This document shows, one piece after another, positions 1 through 7,972 of a DNA stretch of 64,000 nucleotides (position 1 is its first letter; each line of letters begins with the position of its first letter). Under the pieces are notes generated by a model, which made no database searches, was not told where the DNA came from, and saw only the letters and a list, made by a program, of their open reading frames with translations. The position numbers were made by a program, and so were the translations under genes. Source of the stretch: a virus; IMG/VR virus record IMGVR_UViG_3300024327_000544; one strand, 5' to 3'.

Positions 1-110
1 TTGGTGGTAGACTCAACTATTTTAGCAGCATCCGCTTGTTGATGCACGATTTTTACTGGATAGGATACTATTGCTAATAAGATAGCAATAGCAGCTATTG
101 TCTTAAACAT
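1..110 (-). CDS. 5' part of a secreted or membrane-anchored protein, truncated by the window edge
   Basis: ATG at 110 opens MFKTIAAIAILLAIVSYPVKIVHQQADAAK..., a signal-peptide-like N-terminus. The frame stays open to position 1. Confidence 0.5.
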   Translation of the reverse strand, partial: MFKTIAAIAILLAIVSYPVKIVHQQADAAKIVESTT

Positions 111-161
111 AAATTGCTCCGAAATGTTAATTCACATTACGCATCATATGTTATTATGGTA

Positions 162-617
162 CTACTTGCTTTTTTTAGTTTCCGGCACTGGCGGAATGAG
201 ATGAGGAAACGCCTCCGCCACTAACTTATAAGTCAACCCACGAATACCGAGATCTTTCTTACTCATTTTAATAAGGAACTCAGCTTCAGTTGGTGTCACA
301 CTTTCTAACATAGTGATGAACATTGTTTCTCTTTTTATAGGATTAATATTATTACCAGCACAAAAGTCAGTTCCGCCTGGGCCCTCCACAAAATATCTCA
401 ATTTACGAATCTGTCCGTATAACAATGTCGATTGTGGATCTTCTGCTTGGGCTTGATACGGTGGATTACCTTCAGGCAATAAAAATTTTACATCTGGATG
501 GAACGTGTACCACAGTAAGTTCTCCAAATGGTGACTTTTATTTTGTGTTAGTAATTCTCCCCTCTCTTTCTGACTTTTTGCTTTATCAATCAAATTAAAT
601 AATTCTATAAGTGTCAT
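162..617 (-). CDS. conserved T4-like phage hypothetical protein
   Basis: 151-aa ORF directly downstream of rnh; FHPDVKFLLPEGNPPY motif resembles proteins of marine T4-like phages. Confidence 0.7.
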   Translation of the reverse strand: MTLIELFNLIDKAKSQKERGELLTQNKSHHLENLLWYTFHPDVKFLLPEGNPPYQAQAEDPQSTLLYGQIRKLRYFVEGPGGTDFCAGNNINPIKRETMFITMLESVTPTEAEFLIKMSKKDLGIRGLTYKLVAEAFPHLIPPVPETKKSK

Positions 618-620
618 AAT

Positions 621-1472
621 CTAAAACTCCTGAATGGATTCAGTCAATTCTTTAAGTCTATACTTAATGAAATAATTAAGCATTTTATCACGGCCGGTGT
701 ACTGATCACTTTCATACCGTGTTTGTATATTTATCTGAATTGAATCTGGTATACACGCTAAATCTATAAGAGTTTCATTCCTCTTATAATTGCGTAAAAG
801 CTCACCTTCAAACAATTCTTCTGGATTTCCACTTAACCATTTTTCAATTTTCTTCTTTGAAAGTGGTTTTTGACGTAACCCTTCTACCAAACAATTATCA
901 TTTGACAATATATTTGGTACTCCGTCACTACGATCACCTTTTACAATTAAAGCCCTTAGCTGTTCTTCAGGTTTAGGGTTATTTAAAAATTTCTTTGTTA
1001 AAGGAGACCATTGTGAAATATTTTTATATTTTTGTAGTTGGATAAAATCTTTATCTGATGAAACAATTAAAATAGGATCTGTATTATAATTCTTACATAT
1101 AACGCCTATAATATCATCTGCTTCACATCCATCCATAGTAACAACCCTATAAGGCATGTATTCTTCTAATTCAGAACGAATATCATCAATAACTCCAAAT
1201 AAAGCTTTCCAATCTATATTCTGTTTATTTTCTTCTCTGGCTTTCTTACGATTTGCCTTATATAATGGAAAATAATCTTTTCTCCAATTATTTTTATTAT
1301 CGCAACAGAAAACCATGTCACTTCCATATTTGTCACAAAAACGATTACGAATCATCTTAATGTTATTCATAACCATATGGCGAACCATATCATTTTCTTT
1401 TCCAGGTTCAAATTGCTTTTGAAATATCATAAAATTAGCAATTATCATCTGATTATAATCAACGAGTATCAT
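621..1472 (-). CDS. rnh: T4-type RNase H / 5'-3' flap exonuclease
   Basis: MILVDYNQ start, WRKDYFPLYKANRK, EADDIIG, SSDKDFIQLQ and GDRSDGVPN motifs. Confidence 0.95.
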   Translation of the reverse strand: MILVDYNQMIIANFMIFQKQFEPGKENDMVRHMVMNNIKMIRNRFCDKYGSDMVFCCDNKNNWRKDYFPLYKANRKKAREENKQNIDWKALFGVIDDIRSELEEYMPYRVVTMDGCEADDIIGVICKNYNTDPILIVSSDKDFIQLQKYKNISQWSPLTKKFLNNPKPEEQLRALIVKGDRSDGVPNILSNDNCLVEGLRQKPLSKKKIEKWLSGNPEELFEGELLRNYKRNETLIDLACIPDSIQINIQTRYESDQYTGRDKMLNYFIKYRLKELTESIQEF

Positions 1473-2257
1473 TTTTTCTTTTTCTTTTTGTTTTTATTCC
1501 TTCTATACCAATTTAACTTAACAGGTTTACTACTTTCTTTTTTCACCGTTTGAATGTTATCGCATTCTTCAATCAAATTATCATAAAATTTGATTAATCT
1601 GTTTTTAATAATTCCATTTAAATGGCTATATGCCTCTTTAAGATCTGGATCTCCATCTTTTGCTAATCGTATCTCCTCCGCCATTAAATTTATTTCTTCT
1701 TTTAAATGCTTTGCAACAGGCTTAGAAATCTTATTTTGTTTAACAAAGGTCTTAAAATTAAATTTTTCCTTAAATCCACTATCAATTTGTTGTTCCACAA
1801 CTTCTTCCACATCAAATGCCAACTTCTTTGCCATATCATGCATTCTTTGCTGAATATCTGGTCTTACTTTATTAGGCTGTGCCACTTCTTGTTGATTTTT
1901 TCTTCTATTAGCAATTTCTTCAATCTTTTTAAGTTTCTCAATAAAAAGTGTTTCAAGTTTTTCTGGGCACCGATCAAGACCCCGTGTTTTTAACCGCGCA
2001 ATATAACCAACATGCATTCCTACTGCTTCTAAATCTATTGGTTTAATCTTTTTAGGTGATGTCGTCTTAACTTTATTCTTTTTATAGTATTCAGAAACAA
2101 AATCCATTGTTTCTTTAAAGTCATAGAATTTATAATACCATCTAAATGCGTCATACATTTTATTTGTTAGAACATCTTCCTCTAATTCCATCCAATCCCT
2201 TGGATCTGGTTCTTCACCCATATGCTGCGCTTCGAGCGATCTTTTCTGAAATGCCAT
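1469..2257 (-). CDS. conserved T4-like phage hypothetical protein
   Basis: 262-aa ORF translationally coupled to rnh. Confidence 0.65.
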   Translation of the reverse strand: MAFQKRSLEAQHMGEEPDPRDWMELEEDVLTNKMYDAFRWYYKFYDFKETMDFVSEYYKKNKVKTTSPKKIKPIDLEAVGMHVGYIARLKTRGLDRCPEKLETLFIEKLKKIEEIANRRKNQQEVAQPNKVRPDIQQRMHDMAKKLAFDVEEVVEQQIDSGFKEKFNFKTFVKQNKISKPVAKHLKEEINLMAEEIRLAKDGDPDLKEAYSHLNGIIKNRLIKFYDNLIEECDNIQTVKKESSKPVKLNWYRRNKNKKKKKK

Positions 2258-2258
2258 A

Positions 2259-2573
2259 TTAACTCGCTTCTGGAGGATCAGGTTGACTATTTTGTGTTTC
2301 CATTACTATTCTATCAAAAACGTTAAATGAAACAGGTTCCCATAACGACTCTTCTCCGAATTCAAAACATAACACCTTACCATCATGCGCTTGCGCTATT
2401 ATCACTTGGCCTCCACCAAATAAGCTAGGAATACTTTGTCCCATAACATGAATCCATAATGGTAAATCCTTATGTTTGTAAAAACTATCCACTTTTAAAG
2501 GCACATCAGTTTCTGCTGTTGCCCTTTTAAGATTACGACTCTTCTTGAATTCCTGTAAGTCTATAACTTTCAT
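2259..2573 (-). CDS. hypothetical protein
   Basis: 104-aa ORF packed in the operon. Confidence 0.6.
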   Translation of the reverse strand: MKVIDLQEFKKSRNLKRATAETDVPLKVDSFYKHKDLPLWIHVMGQSIPSLFGGGQVIIAQAHDGKVLCFEFGEESLWEPVSFNVFDRIVMETQNSQPDPPEAS

Positions 2574-3135
2574 GTCTTGTTTTTAATTCACACATCACGT
2601 AATGTAATATGATAGACATTACGCTTTCACACTTTTCCATATGATTATAGTTAATATGTATAAACTTTTGGACTTTAGACTTACACACACCACCATCATA
2701 TCCTAAGATACCATACGTCTTAATCCCGTTTAATTCAGCGTAATCAACGGCTCTAACAACATTTTCTGAGTTTCCACTACCACTTATAACAAATAATGAA
2801 TCACCTTCATTAGCGAGCGTTATAAGCTGATTTACAAATATGTTATCATAGCTATCATCGTTAGATGTAGCAGTAATGAAACCGATGTCGTTACTAAGAG
2901 AAATAGCCCTAATCCTAGGTTTTGAACTTCCATTTTCAATAACCCCTTTTGATAAGTCCTGTGCAAAGTGACTTGCATTTAATGCACTCCCACCATTACC
3001 ACAAATAAAAAATTGTTTTTGGGACTTGTAAGTCTCCCAAATACCTTCTATAAGATGATTTATATGATCTGCACGTACTGCTTGGCATATACCATCTACA
3101 TCATCCGCAAAATGTTTCCAAGTTTTACTTTTCAT
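2533..3135 (-). CDS. gmhA: SIS-domain phosphoheptose isomerase (GmhA-like)
   Basis: FICGNGGSALNASHFAQDLSKG, TATSND, ISGSGNSENV motifs; adjacent to a heptose-kinase-like gene. Confidence 0.85.
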   Translation of the reverse strand: MKSKTWKHFADDVDGICQAVRADHINHLIEGIWETYKSQKQFFICGNGGSALNASHFAQDLSKGVIENGSSKPRIRAISLSNDIGFITATSNDDSYDNIFVNQLITLANEGDSLFVISGSGNSENVVRAVDYAELNGIKTYGILGYDGGVCKSKVQKFIHINYNHMEKCESVMSIILHYVMCELKTRHESYRLTGIQEES

Positions 3136-4087
3136 TATTTAATATTATTCTTGATCCTTGGTTATCAAACTTTATTCTGAAAGTGTCTAGGTCTTCATAC
3201 TTTGATTGTATGCCTTGAGGATTTTCTGTCATAAAGAGTAAATATCCTCCTCCACCTGCACCACAAATTTTATAACCTATTATATCATGTAATGATCTAT
3301 TAATCAACAGATTTATTTTATCATTTATAATACCCTTTGCTAATTCTTGTTTTATTCTCATTGAATTAAGCATTGTAAGTCCAAAATCAAAATATTCTTT
3401 TTTCTTAAGTTGTCTTAAACCCTCTTCAACGTATTCAGCCATTCGATCATATTTCTGAACTTTTCTCTGGGTATTTTTTCTCTGATCTGTCAAAATATCT
3501 GATGACTGTCTGTGAATACCTGTATTAACTAAAACGAACATATCCTCAAAGTTTTCATCGATTTCTAATTCATTAACCGTGACCTTGCCAGATTTCCTAA
3601 AGGAAAGAGTGTTAAAACCGCCGTAACTGACAGCAAACTGGTCTTGTTTGCCAATTGGCTTCTTTAATATTTCTATCTCAATACGGCATGCTAGATGAGC
3701 TATATCGTTATGGTTTAAATCTGCTTTAACCAATGTTCCAATTGAATGTATTAATCCTACTAAGATACTTGATGATGATGCAAGCCCTGAACCTTCAGAA
3801 GGTATATCTGCTAAAGTTGTAATCTCTAAACCAAAATCTATCTTAAAATGTTTAAGTACTTCACGAATATATTCATGCTGGATTTCATCAATAGAATTGC
3901 AAATTTCTTTCTTAGAATAATTACAAACCCATTGTTTCCTGTAAAGTTTATTTACTACAACATATGTATATTTGTCTATTGCAGCGCTGATTACTTTTCC
4001 TGGTTTATCAGCGTTTTTATAATATTCTGGTAGATCTGTTCCGCCACCAATAAAACTAACTCTTAGAGGTGTTTGACAAACTAGCAA
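3125..4087 (-). CDS. hddA: GHMP kinase, D-glycero-D-manno-heptose-7-phosphate kinase (HddA)-like
   Basis: TPLRVSFIGGGTD, DIPSEGSGLASSSS, IGKQDQF, CGAGGGGY motifs. Confidence 0.85.
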   Translation of the reverse strand: MLVCQTPLRVSFIGGGTDLPEYYKNADKPGKVISAAIDKYTYVVVNKLYRKQWVCNYSKKEICNSIDEIQHEYIREVLKHFKIDFGLEITTLADIPSEGSGLASSSSILVGLIHSIGTLVKADLNHNDIAHLACRIEIEILKKPIGKQDQFAVSYGGFNTLSFRKSGKVTVNELEIDENFEDMFVLVNTGIHRQSSDILTDQRKNTQRKVQKYDRMAEYVEEGLRQLKKKEYFDFGLTMLNSMRIKQELAKGIINDKINLLINRSLHDIIGYKICGAGGGGYLLFMTENPQGIQSKYEDLDTFRIKFDNQGSRIILNNEK

Positions 4088-4493
4088 TTCTCTCCTTTAA
4101 CTCAGTTGAACTATAATCATGATATCTTCGACAATAATGTATTTCAATATCTCTATCTTCACATATATTATACCCTGTTATAAACAAATTGTCACGTAAA
4201 TATTCTTCACCTAAAAATCTCATATGAAGAGGTGTTATTGTCTTGAGCATATTCTTAAGATCTTTTTCTGATTCATATGGGATAATCTCATCCACATACT
4301 TACATCCTTTTAATTGTACCCATCGCTCAAAGCATGATTGTACTACATTCTTTTTATGTCCTGGTGATGTATGCAATCCAACAATAAGATAATCACAATG
4401 TTGTTTCGCTTCTGCTAACATTGTAATATGTCCGGCGTGTAATAAATCAAAACACGAGAATGCTATTCCTCTAATCTGTTTCAGCGAGGTCAT
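4056..4493 (-). CDS. cytidylyl/adenylyltransferase (TagD/RfaE-II-like, HxGH family)
   Basis: FSCFDLLHAGH, DYLIVGL, VDEIIPY and YSSTELKERI motifs. Confidence 0.85.
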   Translation of the reverse strand: MTSLKQIRGIAFSCFDLLHAGHITMLAEAKQHCDYLIVGLHTSPGHKKNVVQSCFERWVQLKGCKYVDEIIPYESEKDLKNMLKTITPLHMRFLGEEYLRDNLFITGYNICEDRDIEIHYCRRYHDYSSTELKERIASLSNTSKS

Positions 4494-5460
4494 CTTCTAT
4501 CTCCATTAACTCCAACATTTCAATCCACTTAGGGGCCCTATACTCCCAGCTATAATATTTGTCGGCATGTTTCTTCGCTCTATTAATTATATCTAGAGTT
4601 TCAGATTCCCAATAATTATCCATCAACTTATCTAACTCATCTGCAAACCTATAACAATGTTGAATTTCATCTTTAACATAAGGATACATAATTGCATGAT
4701 CAGAACATGTTTCAGGTAAAGCCCCTAAATTATTTGTTAACATAACAGTTCTTGCAGACATAGCTTCCATAGCTGTTCTACAAGATGTTTCTTCCCAAAT
4801 ACAAGGATAAGTCCAAATATGCATATCTTCCCATTCTTCTCTTAAAGGTCTTCCAATAACAGAATTGTGTAAAGTCATATTAGGATTTCCTTCTATATGT
4901 TCAAATAACTCTTTATAAGGTTGATCATTTTCTTTCCACCCATAAACACTATAAGATGAATAAACATGTAAATGCCAATCATCCCTTTCGAGTTCATGTA
5001 AAGCATTGCATAAAATATGTAGACCTCTTTGAGGAGTAGAACAATATATTAAATTTAGTTTATCATCTTTTGGCTTTTCATATTGTTCGTGAGGGAAGAT
5101 CGCTGTTTTCATTACCTCACATTTAGTGGTGGGCAAATTATATTTTGATATAAAGGTCATCATTTGCCAATGACTGGAAAAAATAAATTTTTCAAAATTC
5201 TCATGGCCAGTATTATGCTCAAGAAGCTTATGACATGGATCACCTGCTAGATCATGAAACCACCATATTTTAGGTAAAACGGTTTGCATATCATCATCAT
5301 ATAATCTTGATATCACCCATTGATAGTCTGTCTTATATTTTTGCGGTAAATGAGACCATAACTCTAATGTCGTTAATTCTGTTCCACCAAAAGACCTTTT
5401 CGCAATATTACCTTCACGTCTTTGTGGAATATCTGTTGCTTTGTAAATATCTAAATTCAT
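4471..5460 (-). CDS. GT-B glycosyltransferase (family 4-like)
   Basis: GGTE N-terminal motif; YPCIWEETSCRTAMEAM and GALPET (ExF...E-type motif); YSWE near the C-terminus. Confidence 0.8.
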   Translation of the reverse strand: MNLDIYKATDIPQRREGNIAKRSFGGTELTTLELWSHLPQKYKTDYQWVISRLYDDDMQTVLPKIWWFHDLAGDPCHKLLEHNTGHENFEKFIFSSHWQMMTFISKYNLPTTKCEVMKTAIFPHEQYEKPKDDKLNLIYCSTPQRGLHILCNALHELERDDWHLHVYSSYSVYGWKENDQPYKELFEHIEGNPNMTLHNSVIGRPLREEWEDMHIWTYPCIWEETSCRTAMEAMSARTVMLTNNLGALPETCSDHAIMYPYVKDEIQHCYRFADELDKLMDNYWESETLDIINRAKKHADKYYSWEYRAPKWIEMLELMEIEDDLAETD

Positions 5461-6335
5461 GTTGTCTCGAATTTTAATGTTTGTGGTACATTTAAAATAT
5501 AATTTATCATTTCTTTATGAAAATCTCTATTTGCTTGTCTACATTCCTCAAGCGCGTGGTTATACTGGTGTTGTTCTGAATTGTTTAAAGTCTTCCACCA
5601 ATCAGGGGCCGGACAAAGAAGTGGTTTATGTTTCAATCCATGAAATTTAGAAGCCCATGGAAATGCAACCACAACTTTTCCTAATAGTGTTGCCCAATAA
5701 GCACCGTGATATGAATTTGTGACAACTACATCTGCACTTCCGAGAAATTCTATTACTTCTTCAAATGTTTGTTTATTATCATTATTCATATGTGGATAGT
5801 CCCATGTTTGTTTAGGCATCATATGAATAACAAACATTGGTAATGATTGATGTGTAAAGAAAACAATATCATTTTTTACTTCATATTCTTTATCAAAGGC
5901 TTCATGCATACAACTCGCACACGGAACCCATCTAGCTGAGGGTACTGCAGTATATATTCCAGGATACCAATCCCTAATACCTAATAGATCAAATTTTCTA
6001 ATATAAAAAGGATATGATATATCTATTGGAGGTATAGATTGTGTTTGTTCATCCATACTAACATAAATGTGTTCTCCTAATCCCCATCCAAATACTTTAT
6101 AATTGCCATTTTTCTGATTTGTTATAGTATGTCCCATAGGTCTCATTTGTCCTATGAGTCCACCACCTCCATAAATGACATTTTCATACTCTGGTTCATA
6201 TCCATGGTCTAATTTCCAGATATCTTTTGAATTACCCGGTAGATCAAAGTACCTAGCAGGTGAACTATACCAGTCACCTATGTTAGTCTCGTCTGTCCTA
6301 AATATATTAGTAAATTTTAAATCTTGAGGGTACAT
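5457..6335 (-). CDS. polysaccharide pyruvyltransferase-like protein
   Basis: NIGD, YGGGGLI, GIRD, VPCAS and VVTNSYHGAYWATLLGKVVV match the pyruvyltransferase-family layout. Confidence 0.6.
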   Translation of the reverse strand: MYPQDLKFTNIFRTDETNIGDWYSSPARYFDLPGNSKDIWKLDHGYEPEYENVIYGGGGLIGQMRPMGHTITNQKNGNYKVFGWGLGEHIYVSMDEQTQSIPPIDISYPFYIRKFDLLGIRDWYPGIYTAVPSARWVPCASCMHEAFDKEYEVKNDIVFFTHQSLPMFVIHMMPKQTWDYPHMNNDNKQTFEEVIEFLGSADVVVTNSYHGAYWATLLGKVVVAFPWASKFHGLKHKPLLCPAPDWWKTLNNSEQHQYNHALEECRQANRDFHKEMINYILNVPQTLKFETT

Positions 6336-6722
6336 ATGGACGAATTAAATGATTTTGGTTTTAGTACGGTAAGTGAAACAGATTTTACTGCCACAGCTAA
6401 AGAACCGGAAACAAAAGTAGTAGAAGCTGCTGTTGCAGAAGCTAAAGCTGGACAAATAAAAGAAGTTGAAGGTACAGTGAATAAAATATGGAGTTTGTTG
6501 GATTATCATTATGAAGATATTGATAAACATAAAGACAAATTAAACAAAGAGTATGAAATAAAAATGAAAACAGTTGAAGATATGATTGTTCCTCTGTTGA
6601 ACAATTTGGCAAAGTCTTCAACCAACGAATACATATATTGGCCAAATAGGCGAGAGATACTAGAAAAGCAAATCGAGAAAATTACAGAACATACTCGAGA
6701 CGTAAATATATTCACTGATTAA
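6336..6722 (+). CDS. conserved T4-like phage hypothetical protein (only convincing plus-strand gene)
   Basis: MDELNDFGFSTVSE...PLLNNLAKS..EYIYWPNR motif; GAGG Shine-Dalgarno just upstream of ATG 6336. The ORF track starts at TTG 6324. Confidence 0.8.
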   Translation: MDELNDFGFSTVSETDFTATAKEPETKVVEAAVAEAKAGQIKEVEGTVNKIWSLLDYHYEDIDKHKDKLNKEYEIKMKTVEDMIVPLLNNLAKSSTNEYIYWPNRREILEKQIEKITEHTRDVNIFTD

Positions 6723-7251
6723 CTCCATATTTACAAAGGAAGTAGGAATCAACAATATCACTAGCCGGGTTACCAGTCTCTTGAACTAAATCAAAAGTGT
6801 CCGGTTCTGTTTTCCATGCTTCTAACATTGCTTCTTTATTAGAATTTCCCTTACCTGTAGCAAACTTTTTAAGAACTGTTGGAGGAACGATTTCATAGCG
6901 GAAACCGTTCTTTTTTAATGTATATTTTAATATCCCAACATTTTCCGCAATGTGAAAAACTCTGCCTGTAGATCCAAATGAATAATCTTCCAAAACAACT
7001 TTGGACGCTCTATAATTATAGTGGCGGAGTGTCTCTATGGTCCATTCTGCCAAAAACATATACTTATCTAGATCTTTTAAATCTTTTGGGAATTTATAAC
7101 AATTCACATTTTGAAGGGCGGACCACCGAGGCCTCCACTTATCCAAACCAAAAAAATGATAAGAACAATTACTGGGATTAAGTATTCCATCTTCTTTATA
7201 GATGCACACTGCGGGACTATTCATTGAATAATCAATACCTGCACATATCAA
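6712..7251 (-). CDS. RuvC-like Holliday junction resolvase
   Basis: AGIDYS, VVLEDYSFG, VPPTVLKKFATGKGNSNKEAM and DIVDS give the RNase H-fold acidic residues. Confidence 0.8.
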   Translation of the reverse strand: MICAGIDYSMNSPAVCIYKEDGILNPSNCSYHFFGLDKWRPRWSALQNVNCYKFPKDLKDLDKYMFLAEWTIETLRHYNYRASKVVLEDYSFGSTGRVFHIAENVGILKYTLKKNGFRYEIVPPTVLKKFATGKGNSNKEAMLEAWKTEPDTFDLVQETGNPASDIVDSYFLCKYGVNQ

Positions 7252-7722
7252 TTAAAATCCTAACTGTTGCAATTCTTTTATACTATTTTCTGATGAAGTA
7301 TGATGAATTGCAATTCCACCTTTAGCCCTCCATTCGGTTATGTTACCTTCATGATCATCTATTAAGAGATTAGGAGAGAGATTCTCCTCAGCAGCAAAAT
7401 ACTGCTTTTCTTCTCTGTAAACAACATGTATTTTAGAGGGATATATTTTATAATGGTTAAAGGCCCATTGATATTTTTGAACCCTTGATTTTTCAAATCT
7501 GCCTTTTTTAGGAATAGCTGACAATAAGTGAATATCAAACATTCCACGAACATAATCAACTAATTGATCTGCATCAGGCATTTTTTCTAACTTGAGGAAT
7601 AATTCAGGATCAACTTCACTCCATCTATTATCCCATATTTTTTTACTTTCAAACTGTTTAATAATGGCGCCATCAAAATCTGCTATAACACCATCCATAT
7701 CTATAAAAACTATCATCTTCAA
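7252..7722 (-). CDS. HAD-family 5'(3')-deoxyribonucleotidase
   Basis: FIDMDGVIADF, K..W and LLIDDHEGNITEWRAKGGIAIHH motifs. Confidence 0.85.
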   Translation of the reverse strand: MKMIVFIDMDGVIADFDGAIIKQFESKKIWDNRWSEVDPELFLKLEKMPDADQLVDYVRGMFDIHLLSAIPKKGRFEKSRVQKYQWAFNHYKIYPSKIHVVYREEKQYFAAEENLSPNLLIDDHEGNITEWRAKGGIAIHHTSSENSIKELQQLGF

Positions 7723-7922
7723 TCATAAATAAAATTTGTATCCGGGTTTCTTTCCCTATACGTTTTATCGAGAACATCCTCCAACCAAACCTTTCCGGAT
7801 CCAGCTGAAGAATTCTCGATTGATTTCCAGATCTGCGAAAGTGTACGTTCATCTAAAGAATCAGTATAAACCTTTATAACGCTCATACAATCCTCAACAT
7901 ATTTTTCGAAGTCTGTTTTCAT
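7719..7922 (-). CDS. hypothetical protein
   Basis: 67-aa ORF directly behind a sigma70 promoter and coupled to the next gene. Confidence 0.55.
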   Translation of the reverse strand: MKTDFEKYVEDCMSVIKVYTDSLDERTLSQIWKSIENSSAGSGKVWLEDVLDKTYRERNPDTNFIYD

Positions 7923-7932
7923 ATTACCCTTT

Positions 7933-7961
7933 ATTATACGGCAAAGTTATTTAAAAATCAA
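7933..7961 (-). promoter_or_regulatory. sigma70-like early promoter
   Basis: TTGATT-N17-TATAAT on the minus strand. Confidence 0.7.
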
Positions 7962-7972
7962 GTAAAAAATTT

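Noticed and set aside
6712-7251. RuvC-like resolvase as a novelty
   Set aside because: RuvC-type resolvases appear common in marine T4-like phages, so it is recorded as a feature only.
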